Below, one piece after another: positions 28,973 to 43,900 of a DNA stretch of 64,000 nucleotides. A program made the position numbers and the translations under genes. Positions within the stretch are counted from its first letter, which is position 1, and each line of letters begins with the position of its first letter. The stretch is from Auanema rhodensis. Its lineage: Eukaryota; Animalia; Nematoda. The stretch lies in assembly GCA_964057225.1 (NCBI GenBank), contig OZ059900.1:6758001-6822000 (forward strand), read 5' to 3'. The notes under the pieces are model-generated. The model saw nothing but the letters and a program-made list of their open reading frames with translations, ran no database searches and was not told the DNA's origin.

Positions 28973-31900
28973 CAGATCAGAAAGAAGTGTCGACCAATTT
29001 TTAAATGGAGATAGAACAAGATGGAAGACTTCTTTCAAATCTCATTTTCTATTCGATGATGTCCTATCAATTGTCTCAGTACCCTTTGCTCCCATCTCCA
29101 ACTATGGAGATAAAGATGTAGAAATACCTGTCAGAAACTTCAATAGTGCATTTATGCAACTATTTATTCGGCAGGAAGCAAACAATATACGGTAAAAATT
29201 TAAATTTTAATCGTTTATTTTTCATTAGGACCTTACTATTCCAATTGACTGATATGGAAAATCCACAACATACCCGTTTTCGTTTCGGACAAGAAAGTTT
29301 GGAAAACAACTGGTGTAATAAAGAAAAAATATAAGTTTATTTGTACATAGAAATTTTATTATATCAATATCATTTCATTTTGGAAGCTCAGTTACAGTAG
29401 TGGCAGATCAGAAAGAAGTGTCGACCAATTTTTAAATGGAGATAGAACAAGATGGAAGACTTCTTTCAAATCTCATTTTCTATTCGATGATGTCCTATCA
29501 ATTGTCTCAGTACCCGTTGCTCCCATCTTCAACTATGGAGACAAAGATGTAGGAATACCTGTCAGAAACTTCAATAGTGCATTTATGCAACTATTTATTC
29601 GGCAGGAAGCAAACAATATACGGTAAAAATTTAAATTTTAATCGTTTATTTTTCATTAGGACCTTACTATTCCAATTGACTGATATGGAAAATCCACAAC
29701 ATACCCGTTTTCGTTTCGGACAAGAAAGTTTGGAAAACAACTGGTGTAATAAAGAAAAAATATAAGTTTATTTGTACATAGAAATTTTATTATATCAATA
29801 TTATTTCATTTTGGAAGCTCAGTTACAGTAGTGGCAGATCAGAAAGAAGTGTCGACCAATTTTTAAATGGAGATAGAACAAGATGGAAGACTTCTTTCAA
29901 ATCTCATTTTCTATTCGATGATGTCCTATCAATTGTCTCAGTACCCGTTGCTCCCATCTTCAACTATGGAGACAAAGATGTAGGAATACCTGTCAGAAAC
30001 TTCAATAGTGCATTTATGCAACTATTTATTCGGCAGGAAGCAAACAATATACGGTAAAAATTTAAATTTTAATCGTTTATTTTTCATTAGGACCTTACTA
30101 TTCCAATTGACTGATATGGAAAATCCACAACATACCCGTTTTCGTTTCGGACAAGAAAGTTTGGAAAACAACTGGTGTAATAAAGAAAAAATATAAGTTT
30201 ATTTGTACATAGAAATTTTATTATATCAATATTATTTCATTTTGGAAGCTCAGTTACAGTAGTGGCAGATCAGAAAGAAGTGTCGACCAATTTTTAAATG
30301 GAGATAGAACAAGATGGAAGACTTCTTTCAAATCTCATTTTCTATTCGATGATGTCCTATCAATTGTCTCAGTACCCGTTGCTCCCATCTTCAACTATGG
30401 AGACAAAGATGTAGAAATACCTGTCAGAAACTTCAATAGTGCATTTATGCAACTATTTATTCGGCAGGAAGCAAACAATATACGGTAAAAATTTAAATTT
30501 TAATCGTTTATTTTTCATTAGGACCTTACTATTCCAATTGACTGATATGGAAAATCCACAACATACCCGTTATCGTTTCGGACAAGAAAGTTCGGAAAAC
30601 AACTGGTGTAATAAAGAAAAAATATAAGTTTATTTGTACATAGAAATTTTATTATATCAATATTATTTCATTTTGGAAGCTCAGTTACAGTAGTGGCAGA
30701 TCAGAAAGAAGTGTCGACCAATTTTTAAATGGAGATAGAACAAGATGGAAGACTTCTTTCAAATCTCATTTTCTATTCGATGATGTCCTATCAATTGTCT
30801 CAGTACCCGTTGCTCCCATCTTCAACTATGGAGACAAAGATGTAGAAATACCTGTCAGAAACTTCAATAGTGCATTTATGCAACTATTTATTCGGCAGGA
30901 AGCAAACAATATACGGTAAAAATTTAAATTTTAATCGTTTATTTTTCATTAGGACCTTACTATTCCAATTGACTGATATGGAAAATCCACAACATACCCG
31001 TTTTCGTTTCGGACAAGAAAGTTTGGAAAACAACTGGTGTAATAAAGAAAAAATATAAGTTTATTTGTACATAGAAATTTTATTATATCAATATTATTTC
31101 ATTTTGGAAGCTCAGTTACAGTAGTGACAGATCAGAAAGAAGTGTCGACCAATTTTTAAATGGAGATAGAACAAGATGGAAGACTTCTTTCAAATCTCAT
31201 TTTCTATTCGATGATGTCCTATCAATTGTCTCAGTACCCGTTGCTCCCATCTTCAACTATGGAGACAAAGATGTAGAAATACCTGTCAGAAACTTCAATA
31301 GTGCATTTATGCAACTATTTATTCGGCAGGAAGCAAACAATATACGGTAAAAATTTAAATTTTAATCGTTTATTTTTCATTAGGACCTTACTATTCCAAT
31401 TGACTGATATGGAAAATCCACAACATACCCGTTTTCGTTTCGGACAAGAAAGTTCGGAAAACAACTGGTGTAATAAAGAAAAAATATAAGTTTATTTGTA
31501 CATAGAAATTTTATTATATCAATATTATTTCATTTTGGAAGCTCAGTTACAGTAGTGGCAGATCAGAAAGAAGTGTCGACCAATTTTTAAATGGAGATAG
31601 AACAAGATGGAAGACTTCTTTCAAATCTCATTTTCTATTCGATGATGTCCTATCAATTGTCTCAGTACCCGTTGCTCCCATCTCCAACTATGGAGATAAA
31701 GATGTAGAAATACCTGTCAGAAACTTCAATAGTGCATTTATGCAACTATTTATTCGGCAGGAAGCAAACAATATACGGTAAAAATTTAAATTTTAATCGT
31801 TTATTTTTCATTAGGACCTTACTATTCCAATTGACTGATATGGAAAATCCACAACATACCCGTTTTCGTTTCGGACAAGAAAGTTCGGAAAACAACTGGT

Positions 31901-34900
31901 GTAATAAAGAAAAAATATAAGTTTATTTGTACATAGAAATTTTATTATATCAATATTATTTCATTTTGGAAGCTCAGTTACAGTAGTGGCAGATCAGAAA
32001 GAAGTGTCGACCAATTTTTAAATGGAGATAGAACAAGATGGAAGACTTCTTTCAAATCTCATTTTCTATTCGATGATGTCCTATCAATTGTCTCAGTACC
32101 CGTTGCTCCCATCTCCAACTATGGAGACAAAGATGTAGAAATACCTGTCAGAAACTTCAATAGTGCATTTATGCAACTATTTATTCGGCAGGAAGCAAAC
32201 AATATACGGTAAAAATTTAAATTTTAATCGTTTATTTTTCATTAGGACCTTACTATTCCAATTGACTGATATGGAAAATCCACAACATACCCGTTTTCGT
32301 TTCGGACAAGAAAGTTCGGAAAACAACTGGTGTAATAAAGAAAAAATATAAGTTTATTTGTACATAGAAATTTTATTATATCAATATTATTTCATTTTGG
32401 AAGCTCAGTTACAGTAGTGGCAGATCAGAAAGAAGTGTCGACCAATTTTTAAATGGAGATAGAACAAGATGGAAGACTTCTTTCAAATCTCATTTTCTAT
32501 TCGATGATGTCCTATCAATTGTCTCAGTACCCGTTGCTCCCATCTCCAACTATGGAGATAAAGATGTAGAAATACCTGTCAGAAACTTCAATAGTGCATT
32601 TATGCAACTATTTATTCGGCAGGAAGCAAACAATATACGGTAAAAATTTAAATTTTAATCGTTTATTTTTCATTAGGACCTTACTATTCCAATTGACTGA
32701 TATGGAAAATCCACAACATACCCGTTTTCGTTTCGGACAAGAAAGTTCGGAAAACAACTGGTGTAATAAAGAAAAAATATAAGTTTATTTGTACATAGAA
32801 ATTTTATTATATCAATATTATTTCATTTTGGAAGCTCAGTTACAGTAGTGGCAGATCAGAAAGAAGTGTCGACCAATTTTTAAATGGAGATAGAACAAGA
32901 TGGAAGACTTCTTTCAAATCTCATTTTCTATTCGATGATGTCCTATCAATTGTCTCAGTACCCGTTGCTCCCATCTCCAACTATGGAGATAAAGATGTAG
33001 AAATACCTGTCAGAAACTTCAATAGTGCATTTATGCAACTATTTATTCGGCAGGAAGCAAACAATATACGGTAAAAATTTAAATTTTAATCGTTTATTTT
33101 TCATTAGGACCTTACTATTCCAATTGACTGATATGGAAAATCCACAACATACCCGTTTTCGTTTCGGACAAGAAAGTTCGGAAAACAACTGGTGTAATAA
33201 AGAAAAAATATAAGTTTATTTGTACATAGAAATTTTATTATATCAATATTATTTCATTTTGGAAGCTCAGTTACAGTAGTGGCAGATCAGAAAGAAGTGT
33301 CGACCAATTTTTAAATGGAGATAGAACAAGATGGAAGACTTCTTTCAAATCTCATTTTCTATTCGATGATGTCCTATCAATTGTCTCAGTACCCGTTGCT
33401 CCCATCTCCAACTATGGAGACAAAGATGTAGAAATACCTGTCAGAAACTTCAATAGTGCATTTATGCAACTATTTATTCGGCAGGAAGCAAACAATATAC
33501 GGTAAAAATTTAAATTTTAATCGTTTATTTTTCATTAGGACCTTACTATTCCAATTGACTGATATGGAAAATCCACAACATACCCGTTTTCGTTTCGGAC
33601 AAGAAAGTTCGGAAAACAACTGGTGTAATAAAGAAAAAATATAAGTTTATTTGTACATAGAAATTTTATTATATCAATATTATTTCATTTTGGAAGCTCA
33701 GTTACAGTAGTGGCAGATCAGAAAGAAGTGTCGACCAATTTTTAAATGGAGATAGAACAAGATGGAAGACTTCTTTCAAATCTCATTTTCTATTCGATGA
33801 TGTCCTATCAATTGTCTCAGTACCCGTTGCTCCCATCTCCAACTATGGAGACAAAGATGTAGAAATACCTGTCAGAAACTTCAATAGTGCATTTATGCAA
33901 CTATTTATTCGGCAGGAAGCAAACAATATACGGTAAAAATTTAAATTTTAATCGTTTATTTTTCATTAGGACCTTACTATTCCAATTGACTGATATGGAA
34001 AATCCACAACATACCCGTTTTCGTTTCGGACAAGAAAGTTCGGAAAACAACTGGTGTAATAAAGAAAAAATATAAGTTTATTTGTACATAGAAATTTTAT
34101 TATATCAATATTATTTCATTTTGGAAGCTCAGTTACAGTAGTGGCAGATCAGAAAGAAGTGTCGACCAATTTTTAAATGGAGATAGAACAAGATGGAAGA
34201 CTTCTTTCAAATCTCATTTTCTATTCGATGATGTCCTATCAATTGTCTCAGTACCCGTTGCTCCCATCTCCAACTATGGAGACAAAGATGTAGAAATACC
34301 TGTCAGAAACTTCAATAGTGCATTTATGCAACTATTTATTCGGCAGGAAGCAAACAATATACGGTAAAAATTTAAATTTTAATCGTTTATTTTTCATTAG
34401 GACCTTACTATTCCAATTGACTGATATGGAAAATCCACAACATACCCGTTTTCGTTTCGGACAAGAAAGTTCGGAAAACAACTGGTGTAATAAAGAAAAA
34501 ATATAAGTTTATTTGTACATAGAAATTTTATTATATCAATATTATTTCATTTTGGAAGCTCAGTTACAGTAGTGGCAGATCAGAAAGAAGTGTCGACCAA
34601 TTTTTAAATGGAGATAGAACAAGATGGAAGACTTCTTTCAAATCTCATTTTCTATTCGATGATGTCCTATCAATTGTCTCAGTACCCGTTGCTCCCATCT
34701 CCAACTATGGAGACAAAGATGTAGAAATACCTGTCAGAAACTTCAATAGTGCATTTATGCAACTATTTATTCGGCAGGAAGCAAACAATATACGGTAAAA
34801 ATTTAAATTTTAATCGTTTATTTTTCATTAGGACCTTACTATTCCAATTGACTGATATGGAAAATCCACAACATACCCGTTTTCGTTTCGGACAAGAAAG

Positions 34901-37900
34901 TTCGGAAAACAACTGGTGTAATAAAGAAAAAATATAAGTTTATTTGTACATAGAAATTTTATTATATCAATATTATTTCATTTTGGAAGCTCAGTTACAG
35001 TAGTGGCAGATCAGAAAGAAGTGTCGACCAATTTTTAAATGGAGATAGAACAAGATGGAAGACTTCTTTCAAATCTCATTTTCTATTCGATGATGTCCTA
35101 TCAATTGTCTCAGTACCCGTTGCTCCCATCTCCAACTATGGAGACAAAGATGTAGAAATACCTGTCAGAAACTTCAATAGTGCATTTATGCAACTATTTA
35201 TTCGGCAGGAAGCAAACAAAATACGGTAAAAATTTAAATTTTAATCGTTTATTTTTCATTAGGACCTTACTATTCCAATTGACTGATATGGAAAATCCAC
35301 AACATACCCGTTTTCGTTTCGGACAACAAAGTTCGGAAAACAACTGGTGTAATAAAGAAAAAATATAAGTTTATTTGTACATAGAAATTTTATTATATCA
35401 ATATTATTTCATTTTGGAAGCTCAGTTACAGTAGTGGCAGATCAGAAAGAAGTGTCGACCAATTTTTAAATGGAGATAGAACAAGATGGAAGACTTCTTT
35501 CAAATCTCATTTTCTATTCGATGATGTCCTATCAATTGTCTCAGTACCCGTTGCTCCCATCTTCAACTATGGAGACAAAGATGTAGAAATACCTGTCAGA
35601 AACTTCAATAGTGCATTTATGCAACTATTTATTCGGCAGGAAGCAAACAATATACGGTAAAAATTTAAATTTTAATCGTTTATTTTTCATTAGGACCTTA
35701 CTATTCCAATTGACTGATATGGAAAATCCACAACATACCCGTTTTCGTTTCGGACAACAAAGTTCGGAAAACAACTGGTGTAATAAAGAAAAAATATAAG
35801 TTTATTTGTACATAGAAATTTTATTATATCAATATTATTTCATTTTGGAAGCTCAGTTACAGTAGTGGCAGATCAGAAAGAAGTGTCGACCAATTTTTAA
35901 ATGGAGATAGAACAAGATGGAAGACTTCTTTCAAATCTCATTTTCTATTCGATGATGTCCTATCAATTGTCTCAGTACCCGTTGCTCCCATCTTCAACTA
36001 TGGAGACAAAGATGTAGAAATACCTGTCAGAAACTTCAATAGTGCATTTATGCAACTATTTATTCGGCAGGAAGCAAACAATATACGGTAAAAATTTAAA
36101 TTTTAATCGTTTATTTTTCATTAGGACCTTACTATTCCAATTGACTGATATGGAAAATCCACAACATACCCGTTTTCGTTTCGGACAAGAAAGTTCGGAA
36201 AACAACTGGTGTAATAAAGAAAAAATATAAGTTTATTTGTACATAGAAATTTTATTATATCAATATTATTTCATTTTGGAAGCTCAGTTACAGTAGTGAC
36301 AGATCAGAAAGAAGTGTCGACCAATTTTTAAATGGAGATAGAACAAGATGGAAGACTTCTTTCAAATCTCATTTTCTATTCGATGATGTCCTATCAATTG
36401 TCTCAGTACCCGTTGCTCCCATCTTCAACTATGGAGACAAAGATGTAGAAATACCTGTCAGAAACTTCAATAGTGCATTTATGCAACTATTTATTCGGCA
36501 GGAAGCAAACAATATACGGTAAAAATTTAAATTTTAATCGTTTATTTTTCATTAGGACCTTACTATTCCAATTGACTGATATGGAAAATCCACAACATAC
36601 CCGTTTTCGTTTCGGACAAGAAAGTTCGGAAAACAACTGGTGTAATAAAGAAAAAATATAAGTTTATTTGTACATAGAAATTTTATTATATCAATATTAT
36701 TTCATTTTGGAAGCTCAGTTACAGTAGTGGCAGATCAGAAAGAAGTGTCGACCAATTTTTAAATGGAGATAGAACAAGATGGAAGACTTCTTTCAAATCT
36801 CATTTTCTATTCGATGATGTCCTATCAATTGTCTCAGTACCCGTTGCTCCCATCTTCAACTATGGAGACAAAGATGTAGAAATACCTGTCAGAAACTTCA
36901 ATAGTGCATTTATGCAACTATTTATTCGGCAGGAAGCAAACAATATACGGTAAAAATTTAAATTTTAATCGTTTATTTTTCATTAGGACCTTACTATTCC
37001 AATTGACTGATATGGAAAATCCACAACATACCCGTTTTCGTTTCGGACAACAAAGTTCGGAAAACAACTGGTGTAATAAAGAAAAAATATAAGTTTATTT
37101 GTACATAGAAATTTTATTATATCAATATTATTTCATTTTGGAAGCTCAGTTACAGTAGTGGCAGATCAGAAAGAAGTGTCGACCAATTTTTAAATGGAGA
37201 TAGAACAAGATGGAAGACTTCTTTCAAATCTCATTTTCTATTCGATGATGTCCTATCAATTGTCTCAGTACCCGTTGCTCCCATCTTCAACTATGGAGAC
37301 AAAGATGTAGAAATACCTGTCAGAAACTTCAATAGTGCATTTATGCAACTATTTATTCGGCAGGAAGCAAACAATATACGGTAAAAATTTAAATTTTAAT
37401 CGTTTATTTTTCATTAGGACCTTACTATTCCAATTGACTGATATGGAAAATCCACAACATACCCGTTTTCGTTTCGGACAAGAAAGTTCGGAAAACAACT
37501 GGTGTAATAAAGAAAAAATATAAGTTTATTTGTACATAGAAATTTTATTATATCAATATTATTTCATTTTGGAAGCTCAGTTACAGTAGTGGCAGATCAG
37601 AAAGAAGTGTCGACCAATTTTTAAATGGAGATAGAACAAGATGGAAGACTTCTTTCAAATCTCATTTTCTATTCGATGATGTCCTATCAATTGTCTCAGT
37701 ACCCGTTGCTCCCATCTTCAACTATGGAGACAAAGATGTAGAAATACCTGTCAGAAACTTCAATAGTGCATTTATGCAACTATTTATTCGGCAGGAAGCA
37801 AACAATATACGGTAAAAATTTAAATTTTAATCGTTTATTTTTCATTAGGACCTTACTATTCCAATTGACTGATATGGAAAATCCACAACATACCCGTTTT

Positions 37901-40900
37901 CGTTTCGGACAAGAAAGTTCGGAAAACAACTGGTGTAATAAAGAAAAAATATAAGTTTATTTGTACATAGAAATTTTATTATATCAATATTATTTCATTT
38001 TGGAAGCTCAGTTACAGTAGTGGCAGATCAGAAAGAAGTGTCGACCAATTTTTAAATTGAGATAGAACAAGATGGAAGACTTCTTTCAAATCTCATTTTC
38101 TATTCGATGATGTCCTATCAATTGTCTCAGTACCCGTTGCTCCCATCTCCAACTATGGAGATAAAGATGTAGAAATACCTGTCAGAAACTTCAATAGTGC
38201 ATTTATGCAACTATTTATTCGGCAGGAAGCAAACAATATACGGTAAAAATTTAAATTTTAATCGTTTATTTTTCATTAGGACCTTACTATTCCAATTGAC
38301 TGATATGGAAAATCCACAACATACCCGTTTTCGTTTCGGACAAGAAAGTTCGGAAAACAACTGGTGTAATAAAGAAAAAATATAAGTTTATTTGTACATA
38401 GAAATTTTATTATATCAATATTATTTCATTTTGGAAGCTCAGTTACAGTAGTGGCAGATCAGAAAGAAGTGTCGACCAATTTTTAAATGGAGATAGAACA
38501 AGATGGAAGACTTCTTTCAAATCTCATTTTCTATTCGATGATGTCCTATCAATTGTCTCAGTACCCGTTGCTCCCATCTCCAACTATGGAGACAAAGATG
38601 TAGAAATACCTGTCAGAAACTTCAATAGTGCATTTATGCAACTATTTATTCGGCAGGAAGCAAACAATATACGGTAAAAATTTAAATTTTAATCGTTTAT
38701 TTTTCATTAGGACCTTACTATTCCAATTGACTGATATGGAAAATCCACAACATACCCGTTTTCGTTTCGGACAAGAAAGTTCGGAAAACAACTGGTGTAA
38801 TAAAGAAAAAATATAAGTTTATTTGTACATAGAAGTTTTATTATATCAATATTATTTCATTTTGGAAGCTCAGTTACAGTAGTGGCAGATCAGAAAGAAG
38901 TGTCGACCAATTTTCAAATGGAGATAGAACAAGATGGAAGACTTCTTTCAAATCTCATTTTCTATTCGATGATGTCCTATCAATTGCCTCAGTACCCGAT
39001 GCTCCCATCTCCAACTATGAAGATAAATATGTTTAAATTCCTGTTAGAAGCTTTGATAGTGCATTTATGCAACTATTTATTCGGCAGGAAGCAAACAATA
39101 TACGGTAAAAATTTAAATTTTAATCGTTTATTTTTCATTAGGACCTTACTATTCCAATTGACTGATATGGAAAATCCACAACATACCCGTTTTCGTTTCG
39201 GACAACAAAGTTCGGAAAACAACTGGTGTAATAAAGAAAAAATATAAGTTTATTTGTACATAGAAATTTTATTATATCAATATTATTTCATTTTGGAAGC
39301 TCAGTTACAGTAGTGGCAGATCAGAAAGAAGTGTCGACCAATTTTTAAATGAAGATAGAACAAGATGGAAGACTTCTTTCAAATCTCATTTTCTATTCGA
39401 TGATGTCCTATCAATTGTCTCAGTACCCGTTGCTCCCATCTTCAACTATGGAGACAAAGATGTAGAAATACCTGTCAGAAACTTCAATAGTGCATTTATG
39501 CAACTATTTATTCGGCAGGAAGCAAACAATATACGGTAAAAATTTAAATTTTAATCGTTTATTTTTCATTAGGACCTTACTATTCCAATTGACTGATATG
39601 GAAAATCCACAACATACCCGTTTTCGTTTCGGACAAGAAAGTTCGGAAAACAACTGGTGTAATAAAGAAAAAATATAAGTTTATTTGTACATAGAAATTT
39701 TATTATATCAATATTATTTCATTTTGGAAGCTCAGTTACAGTAGTGGCAGATCAGAAAGAAGTGTCGACCAATTTTTAAATTGAGATAGAACAAGATGGA
39801 AGACTTCTTTCAAATCTCATTTTCTATTCGATGATGTCCTATCAATTGTCTCAGTACCCGTTGCTCCCATCTCCAACTATGGAGATAAAGATGTAGAAAT
39901 ACCTGTCAGAAACTTCAATAGTGCATTTATGCAACTATTTATTCGGCAGGAAGCAAACAATATACGGTAAAAATTTAAATTTTAATCGTTTATTTTTCAT
40001 TAGGACCTTACTATTCCAATTGACTGATATGGAAAATCCACAACATACCCGTTTTCGTTTCGGACAAGAAAGTTCGGAAAACAACTGGTGTAATAAAGAA
40101 AAAATATAAGTTTATTTGTACATAGAAATTTTATTATATCAATATTATTTCATTTTGGAAGCTCAGTTACAGTAGTGGCAGATCAGAAAGAAGTGTCGAC
40201 CAATTTTTAAATGGAGATAGAACAAGATGGAAGACTTCTTTCAAATCTCATTTTCTATTCGATGATGTCCTATCAATTGTCTCAGTACCCGTTGCTCCCA
40301 TCTCCAACTATGGAGACAAAGATGTAGAAATACCTGTCAGAAACTTCAATAGTGCATTTATGCAACTATTTATTCGGCAGGAAGCAAACAATATACGGTA
40401 AAAATTTAAATTTTAATCGTTTATTTTTCATTAGGACCTTACTATTCCAATTGACTGATATGGAAAATCCACAACATACCCGTTTTCGTTTCGGACAAGA
40501 AAGTTCGGAAAACAACTGGTGTAATAAAGAAAAAATATAAGTTTATTTGTACATAGAAGTTTTATTATATCAATATTATTTCATTTTGGAAGCTCAGTTA
40601 CAGTAGTGGCAGATCAGAAAGAAGTGTCGACCAATTTTCAAATGGAGATAGAACAAGATGGAAGACTTCTTTCAAATCTCATTTTCTATTCGATGATGTC
40701 CTATCAATTGCCTCAGTACCCGATGCTCCCATCTCCAACTATGAAGATAAATATGTTTAAATTCCTGTTAGAAGCTTTGATAGTGCATTTATGCAACTAT
40801 TTATTCGGCAGGAAGCAAACAATATACGGTAAAAATTTAAATTTTAATCGTTTATTTTTCATTAGGACCTTACTATTCCAATTGACTGATATGGAAAATC

Positions 40901-43900
40901 CACAACATACCCGTTTTCGTTTCGGACAACAAAGTTCGGAAAACAACTGGTGTAATAAAGAAAAAATATAAGTTTATTTGTACATAGAAATTTTATTATA
41001 TCAATATTATTTCATTTTGGAAGCTCAGTTACAGTAGTGGCAGATCAGAAAGAAGTGTCGACCAATTTTTAAATGAAGATAGAACAAGATGGAAGACTTC
41101 TTTCAAATCTCATTTTCTATTCGATGATGTCCTATCAATTGTCTCAGTACCCGTTGCTCCCATCTCCAACTATGGAGACAAAGATGTAGAAATACCTGTC
41201 AGAAACTTCAATAGTGCATTTATGCAACTATTTATTCGGCAGGAAGCAAACAAAATACGGTAAAAATTTAAATTTTAATCGTTTATTTTTCATTAGGACC
41301 TTACTATTCCAATTGACTGATATGGAAAATCCACAACATACCCGTTTTCGTTTCGGACAACAAAGTTCGGAAAACAACTGGTGTAATAAAGAAAAAATAT
41401 AAGTTTATTTGTACATAGAAATTTTATTATATCAATATTATTTCATTTTGGAAGCTCAGTTACAGTAGTGGCAGATCAGAAAGAAGTGTCGACCAATTTT
41501 TAAATGGAGATAGAACAAGATGGAAGACTTCTTTCAAATCTCATTTTCTATTCGATGATGTCCTATCAATTGTCTCAGTACCCGTTGCTCCCATCTCCAA
41601 CTATGGAGACAAAGATGTAGAAATACCTGTCAGAAACTTCAATAGTGCATTTATGCAACTATTTATTCGGCAGGAAGCAAACAAAATACGGTAAAAATTT
41701 AAATTTTAATCGTTTATTTTTCATTAGGACCTTACTATTCCAATTGACTGATATGGAAAATCCACAACATACCCGTTTTCGTTTCGGACAACAAAGTTCG
41801 GAAAACAACTGGTGTAATAAAGAAAAAATATAAGTTTATTTGTACATAGAAATTTTATTATATCAATATTATTTCATTTTGGAAGCTCAGTTACAGTAGT
41901 GGCAGATCAGAAAGAAGTGTCGACCAATTTTTAAATGGAGATAGAACAAGATGGAAGACTTCTTTCAAATCTCATTTTCTATTCGATGATGTCCTATCAA
42001 TTGTCTCAGTACCCGTTGCTCCCATCTCCAACTATGGAGACAAAGATGTAGAAATACCTGTCAGAAACTTCAATAGTGCATTTATGCAACTATTTATTCG
42101 GCAGGAAGCAAACAATATACGGTAAAATTTTAAATTTTAATCGTTTATTTTTCATTAGGACCTTACTAATCCAATTCACTGACATGGAAAATCCACAACA
42201 TACCCGTTTTCGTTTCGGACAAGAAAGTTCGGAAAACAACTGGTGTAATAAAGAAAAAATATAAGTTTATTTGTACATAGAAATTTTATTATATCAATAT
42301 CATTTCATTTTGGAAGCTCAGTTACAGTAGTGGCAGATCAGAAAGAAGTGTCGACCAATTTTTAAATGGAGATAGAACAAGATGGAAGACTTCTTTCAAA
42401 TCTCATTTTCTATTCGATGATGTCCTATCAATTGTCTCAGTACCCGTTGCTCCCATCTCCAACTATGGAGACAAAGATGTAGAAATACCTTTCAGAAACT
42501 TCAATAGTGCATTTATGCAACTATTTATTCGGCAGGAAGCAAACAATATACGGTAAAAATTTAAATTTTAATCGTTTATTTTTCATTAGGACCTTACTAT
42601 TCCAATTGACTGATATGGAAAATCCACAACATACCCGTTTTCGTTTCGGACAAGAAAGTTCGGAAAACAACTGGTGTAATAAAGAAAAAATATAAGTTTA
42701 TTTGTACATAGAAATTTTATTATATCAATATCATTTCATTTTGGAAGCTCAGTTACAGTAGTGGCAGATCAGAAAGAAGTGTCGACCAATTTTTAAATGG
42801 AGATAGAACAAGATGGAAGACTTCTTTCAAATCTCATTTTCTATTCGATGATGTCCTATCAATTGTCTCAGTACCCGTTGCTCCCATCTCCAACTATGGA
42901 GACAAAGATGTAGAAATACCTTTCAGAAACTTCAATAGTGCATTTATGCAACTATTTATTCGGCAGGAAGCAAACAATATACGGTAAAAATTTAAATTTT
43001 AATCGTTTATTTTTCATTAGGACCTTACTATTCCAATTGACTGATATGGAAAATCCACAACATACCCGTTTTCGTTTCGGACAACAAAGTTCGGAAAACA
43101 ACTGGTGTAATAAAGAAAAAATATAAGTTTATTTGTACATAGAAATTTTATTATATCAATATTATTTCATTTTGGAAGCTCAGTTACAGTAGTGGCAGAT
43201 CAGAAAGAAGTGTCGACCAATTTTTAAATGGAGATAGAACAAGATGGAAGACTTCTTTCAAATCTCATTTTCTATTCGATGATGTCCTATCAATTGTCTC
43301 AGTACCCGTTGCTCCCATCTCCAACTATGGAGACAAAGATGTAGAAATACTTGTCAGAAACTTCAATAGTGCATTTATGCAACTATTTATTCGGCAGGAA
43401 GCAAACAATATACGGTAAAAATTTAAATTTTAATCGTTTATTTTTCATTAGGACCTTACTATTCCAATTGACTGATATGGAAAATCCACAACATACCCGT
43501 TTTCGTTTCGGACAAGAAAGTTCGGAAAACAACTGGTGTAATAAAGAAAAAATATAAGTTTATTTGTACATAGAAATTTTATTATATCAATATTATTTCA
43601 TTTTGGAAGCTCAGTTACAGTAGTGGCAGATCAGAAAGAAGTGTCGACCAATTTTTAAATGGAGATAGAACAAGATGGAAGACTTCTTTCAAATCTCATT
43701 TTCTATTCGATGATGTCCTATCAATTGTCTCAGTACCCGTTGCTCCCATCTTCAACTATGGAGACAAAGATGTAGAAATACCTGTCAGAAACTTCAATAG
43801 TGCATTTATGCAACTATTTATTCGGCAGGAAGCAAACAATATACGGTAAAAATTTAAATTTTAATCGTTTATTTTTCATTAGGACCTTACTATTCCAATT

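Noticed and set aside
29010-29050. TGGAGAT microhomology (gene 9122 and 9994) as the circularising junction of B/C
   Set aside because: B continues to match exon 14 past this word, and the following ~20 bp cannot be confidently aligned by eye, so the breakpoint is unresolved.
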